A stretch of DNA of 61,216 bases from a virus (Duplodnaviria; Caudoviricetes), in IMG/VR virus record IMGVR_UViG_3300022221_000265, positions 1-61,216 of that record; one strand, written 5' to 3'. Shown in pieces: positions 25,601 to 34,387 of this stretch (position 1 is its first letter; each line of letters starts with the position of its first letter). The notes below the pieces were generated by a model. That model was not told the DNA's origin, did no database searches, and worked only from the letters and a program-made list of their open reading frames with translations. A program made the translations under genes and the position numbers.

Positions 25601-26233
25601 ATACTCACTAAGCGTGATATCGGAGAGCCCAAAATGGAAAGCCTGGTTAAGATATTGATCATTGCCCTCGATCTCGCTGTAGGTCTGGGCCGCCAGGTCC
25701 GGCACCACCCGGTGCTGGCCAAGCACCAGAATCATGGGAGCATAATGCCTAAAGCGATTGGTCCCGCCCGAGATGGTATAGGTCGGGCTGTTCTGGTCAT
25801 CGATGACCCCATCGGCCCCCGGTATCTTGGGGGGCAACATGGCATTGATCAGCAACATTCCACCCACGGTATAAGCCGTATAGGCCCCATAGCCGATGGT
25901 CCCCGCCTCGTAATAATTGCCCGCCGCAATCAACAGGGCGATGATCAACATGGTGCGCAGGGTTTTGTTTTTGTCCTGGCTGTCGCCCCCGGCCACCGCT
26001 GCCCGCAGGTGCACCACGTCCCCCTCGGCCAGTTTTTTCAGTCCCCAGTGTTCACAGTCCAGCGGGGAGTTGTTCAGCAATAACAGATAAGGCCGGTTTT
26101 CATTTAACGAAAACCCGCCCTTGATCAGCAGGTCCAGCACGCTGGCCCCTGCTTTTAAATCCAGTTCGCTGATCTCCCGATCCACCGAGGGCAGCAAAGG
26201 GTGAGGGCTGTGGATCAGGCTTACCGTCGCCAT
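22619..26233 (-). CDS. Central tail tip protein (gpJ-like) with a fused gpI-like ubiquitin-like N-terminus
   Basis: 1204 aa; GDVVHLRAAVAGG plus hydrophobic helices, TSNPGW, FN3-like region. Confidence 0.88.
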   Translation of the reverse strand: MATVSLIHSPHPLLPSVDREISELDLKAGASVLDLLIKGGFSLNENRPYLLLLNNSPLDCEHWGLKKLAEGDVVHLRAAVAGGDSQDKNKTLRTMLIIALLIAAGNYYEAGTIGYGAYTAYTVGGMLLINAMLPPKIPGADGVIDDQNSPTYTISGGTNRFRHYAPMILVLGQHRVVPDLAAQTYSEIEGNDQYLNQAFHFGLSDITLSEYRIGDTLITEYEDYTLEESGPDGVLTQFPGNVDTVAGGPLDLATDWVLRTSSVGTNGLAVHLAGYVFYIDGDGEHEVRVLFGMEYRRVGDVTWLPFYDTAEFHVYHKGREGFRWAHKIDVPEEQYEVRVRVRSYEWIEHHLHSYCPLENNNCQLDEYIDYTDTHYNNVVESNLSLSVNLSWAALLSYQPDAQLFEGQKKVGLRIRATGQLNGQVSQFNALASASAPVWNGSTWITGPTSNPGWWFLWLARGKFDSNGQRLYGAGLPDSGIDIDTIKAWGLWCVTKGLTVNLVFDKAISVSQMLATVARCGRATLTWGNGKLGVIYDQGGQPVTALFGMSNIVRNSFSVEYVTGHLADEVVVEFINPTLGWKPDTVRATVPGVVSPVNPVPVKLLGCTDKVMAGKEANLLAAQQLYRRRFVSWQTDMEGLIVQRGDVVTLSHDLTQWGNSGRLVAGTTTQLTLDRKVTFEAGNNYYIGVRFPNGSYDIYDCFFPGASDRDVIDLAGGGFLPSAPDDDPNHPPLDYLWFFAPQVTPGKKVKIVSIRPAGDKQVTITATDEDDNYYLAENNSYTHVPITQDSTTPSIDLLQVYDTLTRIGNVYATRIDMVWDVSGPYEAAAIRVATESGEFKPVGKTFDRRFSFPWDPVGIIRVELTVFNEAGQIGTGGRVIQTHEILGKRKRPGDVTGFKAFQNGSTISYIWDLPPDVDIESTYIRREPQGRGGTFEDATPVKDKKGTNTTTKDVPPGAWTFLAKHKDTSGLWSPHVATYDLVVDNTQDVLFEFDYAPLWQGTLSGCIRHWSGVLVPSSTSNNAALGWRVFDEPVPDPVDSFYFEAPETDHNFDDTMRTSVTGSAKYLGGTGDEPRPVYSIDYRIATGAYDGYEPWAIGDVTARYIKARVEHDNLTHGPAALDSFTLLVDMPDKPYTWQGINVPASGITYNFPRQFHKPPFVTVQADDSRSLTFSRTNVTETSVDIKVYQSDVAVAAVVDVKAEGA

Positions 26234-26613
26234 GAATAGAACCCCTCCACCTTGAGACCGGTCAGGGCCTCAAGTCGACTCAACCGGTGCAGGCACACCT
26301 GCCCGGCGGAGCGCTGGGCATGCAAAACATAAAACTCCGATTCAATGATCAGCAGCGTTCCCAGGTGGTTAAGGTGGCCCCGGCCAAACATCAGCACCAG
26401 GTCCCCGTCCACCGGGTCGTCGGTTTGTTGCACAAAGTCGTCACGGCACTGGGCGATCTGCCGACTCCAGCCCCGGTAATTGTTGGCCCGGGCCGTGGGC
26501 AGGCAAAGCTGGCGACCAAACTGCTCGCGCTGCACCTGTTCGGTGAGGCTGGCACAGTCTCGATCCCCTTCCACATAGGGCAGGCCGACATATTGCTCGC
26601 ACCAGTGCCCCAT
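26221..26613 (-). CDS. NlpC/P60 tail assembly protein (gpK-like, no JAB domain)
   Basis: YVGLPY..GDRDCASL, GDLVLM, HLG, VLHA. Confidence 0.85.
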   Translation of the reverse strand: MGHWCEQYVGLPYVEGDRDCASLTEQVQREQFGRQLCLPTARANNYRGWSRQIAQCRDDFVQQTDDPVDGDLVLMFGRGHLNHLGTLLIIESEFYVLHAQRSAGQVCLHRLSRLEALTGLKVEGFYSWRR

Positions 26614-27089
26614 CAGAACAGTCCCGGGGCCGTGTCCGGCCGATAGGTGAGCGTCACACCGGGGCGGTTGAGCAAATCCTCAAAGCCCAGCCGGCCCGTC
26701 ACCTCCAGCATGGTGGCCTTGACGTTCGACAGGTCCATGGTAATTTCCCACTCCACCGTATCCGGGGCACTGCGTAACAGTTGAATGATCCGCACCTTGG
26801 CCCCGGCGCCACCGTCCGAGGCCTCCAGCCATTGCATCATCTCCCGGCCCACGTTATCCACCGCCAGCCGTGCCTGGGGCAGGCCGCGATCTTCATCGGT
26901 GGGCAGGTCGATGCGAAACGCCATGGCCACAAAGGTCTCCGTCAGGTGCACCAGGTCCTGGTTGTCGTTCACCACCCGGATCGGTGTCACCAGATCCGGG
27001 TGAGTAATCTCCAAAGCAATCAGCGGGGCCTCGGCGGCCCCGGTGCTATTAACGGTTTCTTTGTAAATATTGCTGACTGACTTGGGCAT
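26613..27089 (-). CDS. DUF1833-like tail tip protein
   Basis: LEITHPDL..PIRVVND...FRIDLP...LAVDNVGR...PGLF. Confidence 0.85.
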   Translation of the reverse strand: MPKSVSNIYKETVNSTGAAEAPLIALEITHPDLVTPIRVVNDNQDLVHLTETFVAMAFRIDLPTDEDRGLPQARLAVDNVGREMMQWLEASDGGAGAKVRIIQLLRSAPDTVEWEITMDLSNVKATMLEVTGRLGFEDLLNRPGVTLTYRPDTAPGLF

Positions 27090-27092
27090 GGC

Positions 27093-27455
27093 TTACTCCA
27101 GGGTCTCCAGGTTCATGGACACATGCCAGCCGATCTCGCTGCCCTCGCCGGTGTTGGTGGTCAGGGCTTCATATTTGCCGTCGACAATCCTCGCCTGTTT
27201 GGTGGTGCCGGTTTGTGGGTCCAGCCAGTCGAACCAACTGGCCCCCCGGTTGCATTCGGATCCCTTAAACCAGATCTTAAAAGTCTCAAACTCTGCCCCG
27301 GTAAAAAACAAACTCACCCGGCGCTGCACCGGTGCCAGGCTCTGCACCTTGGCCTGCTTGGCTGGGCCGGTTTCCATTTCCGTGCGCAGGACAGAGGAGT
27401 CCGGGTTTTCGGAATACTGCCGAAGGATTAACTCGCCATAAGTGGGAAAAGCCAT
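27093..27455 (-). CDS. Distal/minor tail protein (gpM-like)
   Basis: RTEMETGPAKQ...FKIWF...GASWFDWLDP; follows the tape measure gene. Confidence 0.8.
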   Translation of the reverse strand: MAFPTYGELILRQYSENPDSSVLRTEMETGPAKQAKVQSLAPVQRRVSLFFTGAEFETFKIWFKGSECNRGASWFDWLDPQTGTTKQARIVDGKYEALTTNTGEGSEIGWHVSMNLETLE

Positions 27456-29506
27456 TATCGAATGTTCCTCCCCCGGCCGGTGGAACTCAGGGCGAAGTCA
27501 ATCGACCCGCCGCGCTTAATGTCCTCGACCACCACCGAGATGATCATATCCTTGCCGTTGACCTGGGCGGTGGAGTCTGTCACCTCTTTGGCCCCGCCCT
27601 TGTTTTCAATCACCACGCTGACATTTTTCATGCCGCCACCGTTCAGGGAGTGGCGTGGGTCGTGACGGGTCAGCACCTCCTCGCCCTGTTCGGCGATGAT
27701 CGGCACCTCGCCAGAGCGCAGGCCGGGAATGGTCCCGCCACGGTGATAACGCCGGGCCCCGGCAAACACATAAGGCGACACATTGCGCCGGGTGGTTAGC
27801 GAACCCACCTGGCCGCCACCGTGGGCCACGGCCGTCCCTGGCCCATAAGACTGCACCGGCGTGGGGCTGGTGCCCGGGGCCGTTTGTGGCCCGGGGCCAG
27901 GGCCGGCCAGGCCCACCAGCTGCTGATAAACCCAGATCCGGATCAGATCCTTAATGATGGCCTTGCTCATGTCTTTCCATTGGGCCTTGCCATCCACCAC
28001 CATGTCGGCCACGCCCTGGCTAAAGCTGTTCATCCAGCCACGTTGTGCCGCCTTGAGGCGTTCAGTGTCTTCGATGGCCTGATCGGTAAATTCAGAATAT
28101 TCGACGGTGGCCTGGTTCAGGGCACGGGCAAAGGTTTCCTCGTTAATGACTCCCTCTAGTAGCAGGGTGTTAAGCCGTTCCAGCTCGGCGTTGTAGCGTT
28201 CGGCCTGGGTGCGGGTTTGCTCATACACCTGCTGGCCCTGCTGGCGCAAAGACTGGGCCTCGCGCTCGGCCTGGGTGGCTGCAATGGCCGCCCGGGCCCG
28301 CTGCAGGTCGGCCTCGGAGGCCTTGAGGTTTTCCAGTTTGTTAAGGGCAGTCTGTTCCTTGGTTTTGCCCTCGGTTGCGGCCTGGTCTTCCAGGGCCTTA
28401 ACCAGCTTTTTAATGGTCTCGAGGCGCTTTTGCTCCTCTGGGGAGATCGTGCCGCCGGCCTCCTTGATGATCTGCTGCTGCTTGGCCATTTGCCGGTTAG
28501 CCGCAATGATCTGGGTGTCCAGGGCGTTAATCTTATCCAGCAGATCCACCATGATCTTGCCCTGGCGATCGGCCCCGTCGGCCACCAGCTGCTGGTAATA
28601 ATTCATTGCCTCGCCCCGTTCTCGCATCAGGCGATCCAGTTCCGTCTCTCCCAGTCGGTCGGCCCAGTTGTCCAGGCTCTGGGTGACCAGTTGCATCACC
28701 TTGGCCAGGTTACCGGTGCCATTGGCCGCCTGATCCAACTGTGAAAGGAAACGAGCAAAGGAATTGCTCAAAGACTGGCCGGAGCGGCGCACCGAGTCGG
28801 GCAGTTCGGCAAACTGTTTCGCTATATCTGCGGTCTGTCCCAGCAAGGCCGTCATGACATCCTTGGAAAGCAGCTTGCCATCGATCACCATTTTGCGCAG
28901 TTCGCCGGTGCTTTTTCCCAGCCCGGTGGCAATGGCTTTTGCAACGGCGGGCATGTTTTCAATAATCGAATTAAACTCCTCGGCCCGGAACACGCCGGCC
29001 GAGAGGCCCTGACCAAACTGCAGCAGGCCGGCCGACAGGGCCGAGTCCGTGGCGCCACTCACTGCCCCCAGCTTTTGCACATTGTCGGTGAGCTGGATCA
29101 GTTGGTCATTGGTGGCGCCCAGGTCTTGCCGGGCCAAACTGAGGCGCTGGAACACGTCCACCGTGTCGCGCATGGCGGCCCCGTTCTGATTGCTCACGTC
29201 ATAGAGTTGCCTGGAGACTTTGACATAGTCCCCGGTTTCCCGGGTGGCGTTTTTGATGCGGGCCTGCAGCTGAGTCCAGGCGTCGGCCTGCAGGATCAAC
29301 TGCTGGGCCATGCGCAAGGAAAGATAGGCCGCGCCCAGCTTGACCAGCCGGTCCATGCCCTTTTCCATTTTGCCCATGTCATTGGCGGACTGTTTGGCAT
29401 GCTTGCCGGTGTCCTTAACCTCACCGGTCAGGCGTTTGAGCTCCTTGACACCCTGCTGTATATCAGCACGGACACGGATCAAAAAATCTTTATCAATCTC
29501 GGCCAT
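27455..29506 (-). CDS. Tail tape measure protein
   Basis: ADAWTQLQARI, QFGQGLSAGVFRAEEFNSI, coiled coil, C-terminal H.GG repeats. Confidence 0.93.
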   Translation of the reverse strand: MAEIDKDFLIRVRADIQQGVKELKRLTGEVKDTGKHAKQSANDMGKMEKGMDRLVKLGAAYLSLRMAQQLILQADAWTQLQARIKNATRETGDYVKVSRQLYDVSNQNGAAMRDTVDVFQRLSLARQDLGATNDQLIQLTDNVQKLGAVSGATDSALSAGLLQFGQGLSAGVFRAEEFNSIIENMPAVAKAIATGLGKSTGELRKMVIDGKLLSKDVMTALLGQTADIAKQFAELPDSVRRSGQSLSNSFARFLSQLDQAANGTGNLAKVMQLVTQSLDNWADRLGETELDRLMRERGEAMNYYQQLVADGADRQGKIMVDLLDKINALDTQIIAANRQMAKQQQIIKEAGGTISPEEQKRLETIKKLVKALEDQAATEGKTKEQTALNKLENLKASEADLQRARAAIAATQAEREAQSLRQQGQQVYEQTRTQAERYNAELERLNTLLLEGVINEETFARALNQATVEYSEFTDQAIEDTERLKAAQRGWMNSFSQGVADMVVDGKAQWKDMSKAIIKDLIRIWVYQQLVGLAGPGPGPQTAPGTSPTPVQSYGPGTAVAHGGGQVGSLTTRRNVSPYVFAGARRYHRGGTIPGLRSGEVPIIAEQGEEVLTRHDPRHSLNGGGMKNVSVVIENKGGAKEVTDSTAQVNGKDMIISVVVEDIKRGGSIDFALSSTGRGRNIR

Positions 29507-29702
29507 AGTCTCTCAACAGTTTCGAAGCGGGGTGTGTGGGCTTTTCTAAAAACACCATCGCCAGGTTGTCCAGGTGGTCCGCCCGTTGGCCCAGGTCACG
29601 GCGCTGGGCGTATTTATAAAACAGCTCCAGCTGGCGCCGGGTGTAATGGGGCAGCTGGTGGCGTTGGTGACCGTGGGCGATCAGGGTGGCGTAGATTTCT
29701 CC
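29493..29702 (-). CDS. Probable gpGT -1 frameshift extension of the tail assembly chaperone
   Basis: Start-less -1 frame IYATLIAHGH...YTRRQLELFY...RD* fills the gap to the tape measure gene. Confidence 0.6.
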   Translation of the reverse strand, partial: GEIYATLIAHGHQRHQLPHYTRRQLELFYKYAQRRDLGQRADHLDNLAMVFLEKPTHPASKLLRDYGRD

Positions 29703-30118
29703 GACAGATCCGCCACGGCCTTGATCGCTTCTGGATCCTGCTCCAAGGTTTGCACGACCACCCGTGAGGTAAAAAAATAACTGTTCACCGCCCAGAAGGT
29801 CATGGTTAGCAGTTGACCGTCTTTACCTTTCAGACTCCGGATCCAGTCCTCCGGCTCACCGGTGGCGATGGCCTCCAGGCTCACCAGTGCGGCGTGGTGT
29901 TTGTAAAACAAAGCCTCCAGCTTCTGGTAACCGGCCGGGTCGCGCTCGGCCAGGGTGTCGCCCAGCCCGGCAATAATGGGCTGAGCAATGGGCAGGGCCT
30001 CAAACTCCTGGGGATAGGTGAACTCGCTCACCGTGACCTCTTTCCCTCCGATGGTGATCACGTCGCAACCTTTCAGAATGGCCAGCTCCTCGCTGTTCTT
30101 GTCCTGGATTTCAGCCAT
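29681..30118 (-). CDS. Tail assembly chaperone (gpG-like)
   Basis: Lies between tail tube and tape measure; FWAVNSYFF. Confidence 0.75.
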   Translation of the reverse strand: MAEIQDKNSEELAILKGCDVITIGGKEVTVSEFTYPQEFEALPIAQPIIAGLGDTLAERDPAGYQKLEALFYKHHAALVSLEAIATGEPEDWIRSLKGKDGQLLTMTFWAVNSYFFTSRVVVQTLEQDPEAIKAVADLSEKSTPP

Positions 30119-30287
30119 TGACGATCTGCCCTTTTTTCATGGCGACCAGACGATCGGCCTTGAACTTGGGCATTTTTTCAATGGTCTGCCCGGCTTCATA
30201 ATCCACACCGGCGTGGGTGTGGGTCATGCCGTCGGCCAGCTTGAAGTTGACCGGTGTCGTGTCGTTGGTTTTGTCTTTGTCAGTCAT
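30111..30287 (-). CDS. Small tail-region protein (58 aa, not in the track)
   Basis: Manual translation MTDKDK...HTHAGVDYEAGQTIE...; GAGGAG RBS. Confidence 0.7.
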   Translation of the reverse strand: MTDKDKTNDTTPVNFKLADGMTHTHAGVDYEAGQTIEKMPKFKADRLVAMKKGQIVNG

Positions 30288-30311
30288 GGATAACTCTCCT
30301 CAGTTAATCGA

Positions 30312-31067
30312 TCAGTTTTCGATCTGGTAGCTGTAAAACTCATCCCCGGCCGTCCGCAGACTGTCCAGCAGCACGGTGCCCTGCACCGTCATGTCGGTTA
30401 TGTCGTCGGTGATCAGGTTTAAAGAGGCGGGATCCAGCTTGGCCTTGTAGATCTCACAACGGAAAGCCTTGTCGTTGTCGGCGGTGTTAATGCCGGCCCA
30501 CACGAGATAAAGCTCGTCATTGTTCGGATCGATCTTAAAGTGACTCTGGGCGGCGTAGCTGTAATCGACATGGACCTCCTGCCCGTCGGTAATGGCTCCG
30601 CCGCTGAGAATTTCGATCAGCCCGGTCTCGGCGTCGACCACGTTGTAATCGGTGCCGGCTACATAGGTGGGCGTGCCGGTGGTGTGGGTGACCGATACCG
30701 CGCTGACCTTGACATGATCCAGGCGCAGGAGCTTGTCGTGGTATCCGTTTACCGCCTCATCGGTCACCGAGCTACCGGTTTTATCGGTGAGCACGGCGTG
30801 CAGGGCCTGGGCCAGGTGGGCAGGCTTGACCGAGCGAAACGCGATCGAAAGGGCATACTCGGCCCGCTTAATGCTGCTGGCCGCCACACCACGAGAGCCC
30901 GTGGTGTTTTCGATAATCTCGTTTTTCTCCACGTTCGGGGTCATGCCGATGCCGGTGACATCGCCCACAAAGACCAGGCCGAGGGGTTTGCCCGTGACGG
31001 GGTCACGCTGGGCCACATGCAGCGGGCCCTGGCCGCTAAAATATTTACTGTCGTATGTTTCTGGCAT
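30312..31067 (-). CDS. Major tail tube protein
   Basis: YFSGQG...FVGDV...GINTAD...EIYK. Confidence 0.85.
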   Translation of the reverse strand: MPETYDSKYFSGQGPLHVAQRDPVTGKPLGLVFVGDVTGIGMTPNVEKNEIIENTTGSRGVAASSIKRAEYALSIAFRSVKPAHLAQALHAVLTDKTGSSVTDEAVNGYHDKLLRLDHVKVSAVSVTHTTGTPTYVAGTDYNVVDAETGLIEILSGGAITDGQEVHVDYSYAAQSHFKIDPNNDELYLVWAGINTADNDKAFRCEIYKAKLDPASLNLITDDITDMTVQGTVLLDSLRTAGDEFYSYQIEN

Positions 31068-31081
31068 GGTGTTCTCTCCTG

Positions 31082-31531
31082 TTAATGAGTGCCGGCTGCC
31101 GGCGGCGTGATATCAAGATAAGCAAGGGCCCATCCATAAGGGTGGGCCATCTGTCGAGACTGCTGGACCTGGTCCAGGGTTAAACTCACACCGGCCACGC
31201 CGGTCTGGACAAAGCTTTTCACCTCGGCAAAAAAGGCCTGCTCTTTCTGGCGCAGGGTTTTGCCGGTGTCTGTTTCGTTGACCTTGATGTGCATGAGTAA
31301 CTGGATCCGGGTGGTGCCTTTTTTGGCCACCAGTCCGGGGCTGGTCTTGTAGCCTTTTTCCCCGCTGGCGCCGAACATCACGATCCCCTTGAGCAGTTCG
31401 TCCTGCTCCTGGTTGGCCAGGGGTTTAAAGGTTTCGCTATAAACACGGCGCAACCCCTCAAAGAAAGTCTTGGCCGCTGCGTCCACGGCATCACAACGGG
31501 CCTGGGTGTCTTCGATCGGTTTGCTGATCAT
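31082..31531 (-). CDS. Putative tail terminator
   Basis: Position and size. Confidence 0.55.
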   Translation of the reverse strand: MISKPIEDTQARCDAVDAAAKTFFEGLRRVYSETFKPLANQEQDELLKGIVMFGASGEKGYKTSPGLVAKKGTTRIQLLMHIKVNETDTGKTLRQKEQAFFAEVKSFVQTGVAGVSLTLDQVQQSRQMAHPYGWALAYLDITPPAAGTH

Positions 31532-32034
31532 TGCAGTGCCCTCTCGATGGCCCGGTCAATTCGCTGCCCGGTTTTATCGATGTTTTTCTCATAGGCCGGG
31601 GCCAGGTAAGGCTGCTCCTGGGTACCGGTAAGGGCGATATTCTTGGCAATGGCCCAGGCCAGATCGTCCTGGTCATAGTCGGGGTTGTTGGGGCTGATAC
31701 CGGCCACGCCGATCCAGTCTTTGATATTTTCCACCGGGGGCAGTTCGCCGGAATAAACTCCCTCGGGGCCAAAGATCCCGGTGCCCTCCTCCACGGCCTG
31801 GGCGTAATCCACCCCGGGGGCCACGATGCCCTCCAGCCTGTTAGGTCGGGTCACGTTGATCGAGTTCACCAGGGTGCTAAAGGCCTTGGGGGCCTCGCGG
31901 CGGGCGTCCCTCGCCATCTCGTGCAGGCTGCGGTCAATGCCCCGGTCCAGTTCTTTCACCAACTTATCAGGGGCATGCAGCAGGGCCTGGATCAGTTTGT
32001 CCTGGTCAATGATGAGCTGCAGCTGGTTGGCCAT
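31528..32034 (-). CDS. HK97 gp10-like tail completion protein
   Basis: AP...TLVNSI, YAQAVEEGT, GTQEQPYLAPA. Confidence 0.8.
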   Translation of the reverse strand: MANQLQLIIDQDKLIQALLHAPDKLVKELDRGIDRSLHEMARDARREAPKAFSTLVNSINVTRPNRLEGIVAPGVDYAQAVEEGTGIFGPEGVYSGELPPVENIKDWIGVAGISPNNPDYDQDDLAWAIAKNIALTGTQEQPYLAPAYEKNIDKTGQRIDRAIERALQ

Positions 32035-32672
32035 TAGTGCACCTCAACCTGGGCAATAAAGAGCTCCATGGCTTTCTCGGCCAGGGCGCCGGCGGTGCCG
32101 TTCTTGGGCATGGCGCCAGAGCCTGGGCCAAGCTGCACGGGTTTGGATACGCCATCGGCCGCCAGATCCTGCAGGGCAGCGGCCAGGGCGCGAATAAGTA
32201 ACACGTCCCTGTGCTCTGGCCTTACCGAAGTCTCGGCCGCTGTCGTGCCAACAGTGTGGCCAGCGGCATAGAAAAAGGGATAGGTCTCACCCAGGTCGAC
32301 GATCTGGGCGGCAGAAGGTGCAGGCATTAACTGCAATTTAAAGGCCCCGGCCTCCTCGTAGGTGGTGACCCGGGGCAGCACCTTAGGGAAATTCGAATCC
32401 CAGCAGTTGCGGGCCTTTCGCTCGGCCTCGCCCCAGGGGGATCGTATAAATCGCAAAAAATCCGCCGGGGCATCATAGTCGCTCACGTCGGCCTGCAGGG
32501 TCAGGTTGCCCTTTAGTTGCCGAGCCTGATAGCGGCCCAGGGACAGCGCGGCCGTGTTGAGATGGCGCTTAAAGTCGGAGCCGTTCTCAGAGGTAAAACG
32601 TGTGTGGCTAGTGCCGAGCATGCCTTTTAAGTCGCTCACCAGGTCGGCCTGTGACAGGGTGCCGGGCATCAC
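32034..32672 (-). CDS. Putative head-tail adaptor
   Basis: Position; YDAPADF motif. Confidence 0.55.
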   Translation of the reverse strand: MMPGTLSQADLVSDLKGMLGTSHTRFTSENGSDFKRHLNTAALSLGRYQARQLKGNLTLQADVSDYDAPADFLRFIRSPWGEAERKARNCWDSNFPKVLPRVTTYEEAGAFKLQLMPAPSAAQIVDLGETYPFFYAAGHTVGTTAAETSVRPEHRDVLLIRALAAALQDLAADGVSKPVQLGPGSGAMPKNGTAGALAEKAMELFIAQVEVH

Positions 32673-33025
32673 TGGCCCCCTTTGCGTTTGATGTTGACCT
32701 CGACCTCGATGCCCAGGCGTTTGAGCACCCAGCGGGCCGAGATATTGGTTGAGGCCAGCACGGCAGAACCAAACGCCCCGACCAGCACACTATTGCCAAT
32801 CAGGTGATCGGTGGTCTTTGTTTCCACCCCAAACCAGGAGCCATAAGCCAGGGCCAGCACACCAAACACCGAGCCGACAATGGCATAGGCAAAAATAAAA
32901 CTCAGTCGAGGTCGTCCACCACGCAACACGTCGTGGGCCGCCACGGCACAACCACCCAGGCCGCCAGAGATGGCGGCCAGGGCATACATTAAAACGGTTA
33001 TATGCTCGATGATTCTTTCAGGCAT
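32669..33025 (-). CDS. Holin-like membrane protein
   Basis: Three transmembrane segments, basic C-terminus, in the lysis cassette. Confidence 0.6.
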   Translation of the reverse strand: MPERIIEHITVLMYALAAISGGLGGCAVAAHDVLRGGRPRLSFIFAYAIVGSVFGVLALAYGSWFGVETKTTDHLIGNSVLVGAFGSAVLASTNISARWVLKRLGIEVEVNIKRKGGQ

Positions 33026-33333
33026 CAGTCAAGTCCGTAGGCTTCCCACTCTTTCACCCTGCCGGTCAGGGTGACCAGCAAAAGCTGCAGCTTTTGCTCG
33101 TCATCCGGGGCCAGGCAGCTGCTGGCGTGTTGATGTTGTGGGCTTATAAAAACAGGCAACTGCTGATCGGTGATCATCAGTGGCCAGCTCAGTGCGTCCG
33201 GTACCGGGGCAGGCACATAAACAGGCACCTCCACCTCAATCGGTTCACGCTTGATCACGACTTCCGGCTGCGGGAATAAACCACAGCCGGAGATCATCAA
33301 GATGGCCAGTCCTAGTAATAATCGGTTAGCCAT
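33025..33333 (-). CDS. o-spanin (Rz1-like) lipoprotein
   Basis: Lipobox ISGC, Pro-rich, overlaps the i-spanin end. Confidence 0.75.
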   Translation of the reverse strand: MANRLLLGLAILMISGCGLFPQPEVVIKREPIEVEVPVYVPAPVPDALSWPLMITDQQLPVFISPQHQHASSCLAPDDEQKLQLLLVTLTGRVKEWEAYGLD

Positions 33334-33686
33334 CGGTTCAGGGCCTCGGGGCCTTTGTCGTCGGTTGTGGTTATAAGCGCGGCCTGGTCACGATGTTGAA
33401 CCCGGACCGCCAACACATCGCCGGCCCTTCGCTGTCGGTCCATGTTGGCCGATAAGGTCATGGTCTTGATCTTATTGTTCTGTTTTTCAATGGCCGACTG
33501 CAGAGACACCGCCTCGGTCTCTTTTGCCTGCAGTGCGGTCTTAAGTTCGCTCACCTGGTTAACCGCCTGCAGCATGCCATTCTCATAATGAAAAACACGC
33601 AGCTGCTGCACGCCAGCCGTTAACAAAGTTAACGACAGGCCGATCAACATAATGCCGATCTTGGTTGTGATAAATTGCTTAAGCAT
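33312..33686 (-). CDS. i-spanin (Rz-like)
   Basis: MLKQF start, N-terminal TM segment, coiled coil. Confidence 0.7.
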   Translation of the reverse strand: MLKQFITTKIGIMLIGLSLTLLTAGVQQLRVFHYENGMLQAVNQVSELKTALQAKETEAVSLQSAIEKQNNKIKTMTLSANMDRQRRAGDVLAVRVQHRDQAALITTTDDKGPEALNRWLTDYY

Positions 33687-33699
33687 TCGATCCTCCTTT

Positions 33700-33900
33700 T
33701 TACTTATCGCGATAAGCCTCAGCGCCGGACTTGCCGACCTCTGAGACAGCCCATAAACCAAACAGCCACTGAATGAACCCCAGCCACTCGCTCGAGGTCA
33801 TGCCGCTGCCGGATTTATAATCGAAGGTGACCAGCAGCAGCAGGAGCAGCATGGTCATAAATCGTTTTGACTTGACGCCTTTGTCCTGGATGTGGCTCAT
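33700..33900 (-). CDS. Small holin/antiholin-like protein
   Basis: 66 aa, two TM segments, next to the endolysin. Confidence 0.6.
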   Translation of the reverse strand: MSHIQDKGVKSKRFMTMLLLLLLVTFDYKSGSGMTSSEWLGFIQWLFGLWAVSEVGKSGAEAYRDK

Positions 33901-34385
33901 GGTTCACTCCTTTTTTGTTCAACATCATCAATAAATTTTTGATAAGGAAAACCGGCCCCGGGATCGTACTTGCGCGAGGGATCAAGAAAGCTGTGTCGAT
34001 CAATAGACTGGATGTTATGCAGCAGGCACCAGGTGCAAACTACGTTCACCCCTGTGTCATAGGCGGCATCGGTCAGGTAGTTTCGTTTGATGGCATCCAG
34101 AAAAGTCTCATAGGTGTGAATTCCCGGCACCAGGAACTCGATGCCCAGGGAATTTTTATTAAAACCTCGGGCGTGATAGGCGCCCTCGTCATCTTTGCGC
34201 AGCTTGATCTCCTCGCCTCGAGGCGTGACCAGCACATGCGCAGAGAGACCTTGTTTTAATAAAAAATCCTCAGCGGGGAGAATCTTTCCCTCATGCAAAA
34301 TAAATTCACCCATGGCATGCAACACAACACGGCCCGGCGTTTGTTGCGCCGAGCCATGGGGGTTGTGTTTAATGATGAGCGACAT
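33897..34385 (-). CDS. Endolysin, N-acetylmuramoyl-L-alanine amidase
   Basis: VVLH, SAH, AYHARGFNKNSLGIE, HS...RKYDPG. Confidence 0.9.
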   Translation of the reverse strand: MSLIIKHNPHGSAQQTPGRVVLHAMGEFILHEGKILPAEDFLLKQGLSAHVLVTPRGEEIKLRKDDEGAYHARGFNKNSLGIEFLVPGIHTYETFLDAIKRNYLTDAAYDTGVNVVCTWCLLHNIQSIDRHSFLDPSRKYDPGAGFPYQKFIDDVEQKRSEP

Positions 34386-34387
34386 CG

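Noticed and set aside
21633-26233. Diversity-generating retroelement or tail-fibre shufflon
   Set aside because: No reverse transcriptase, template/variable repeat pair or inverted alternative fibre ends were seen by eye.
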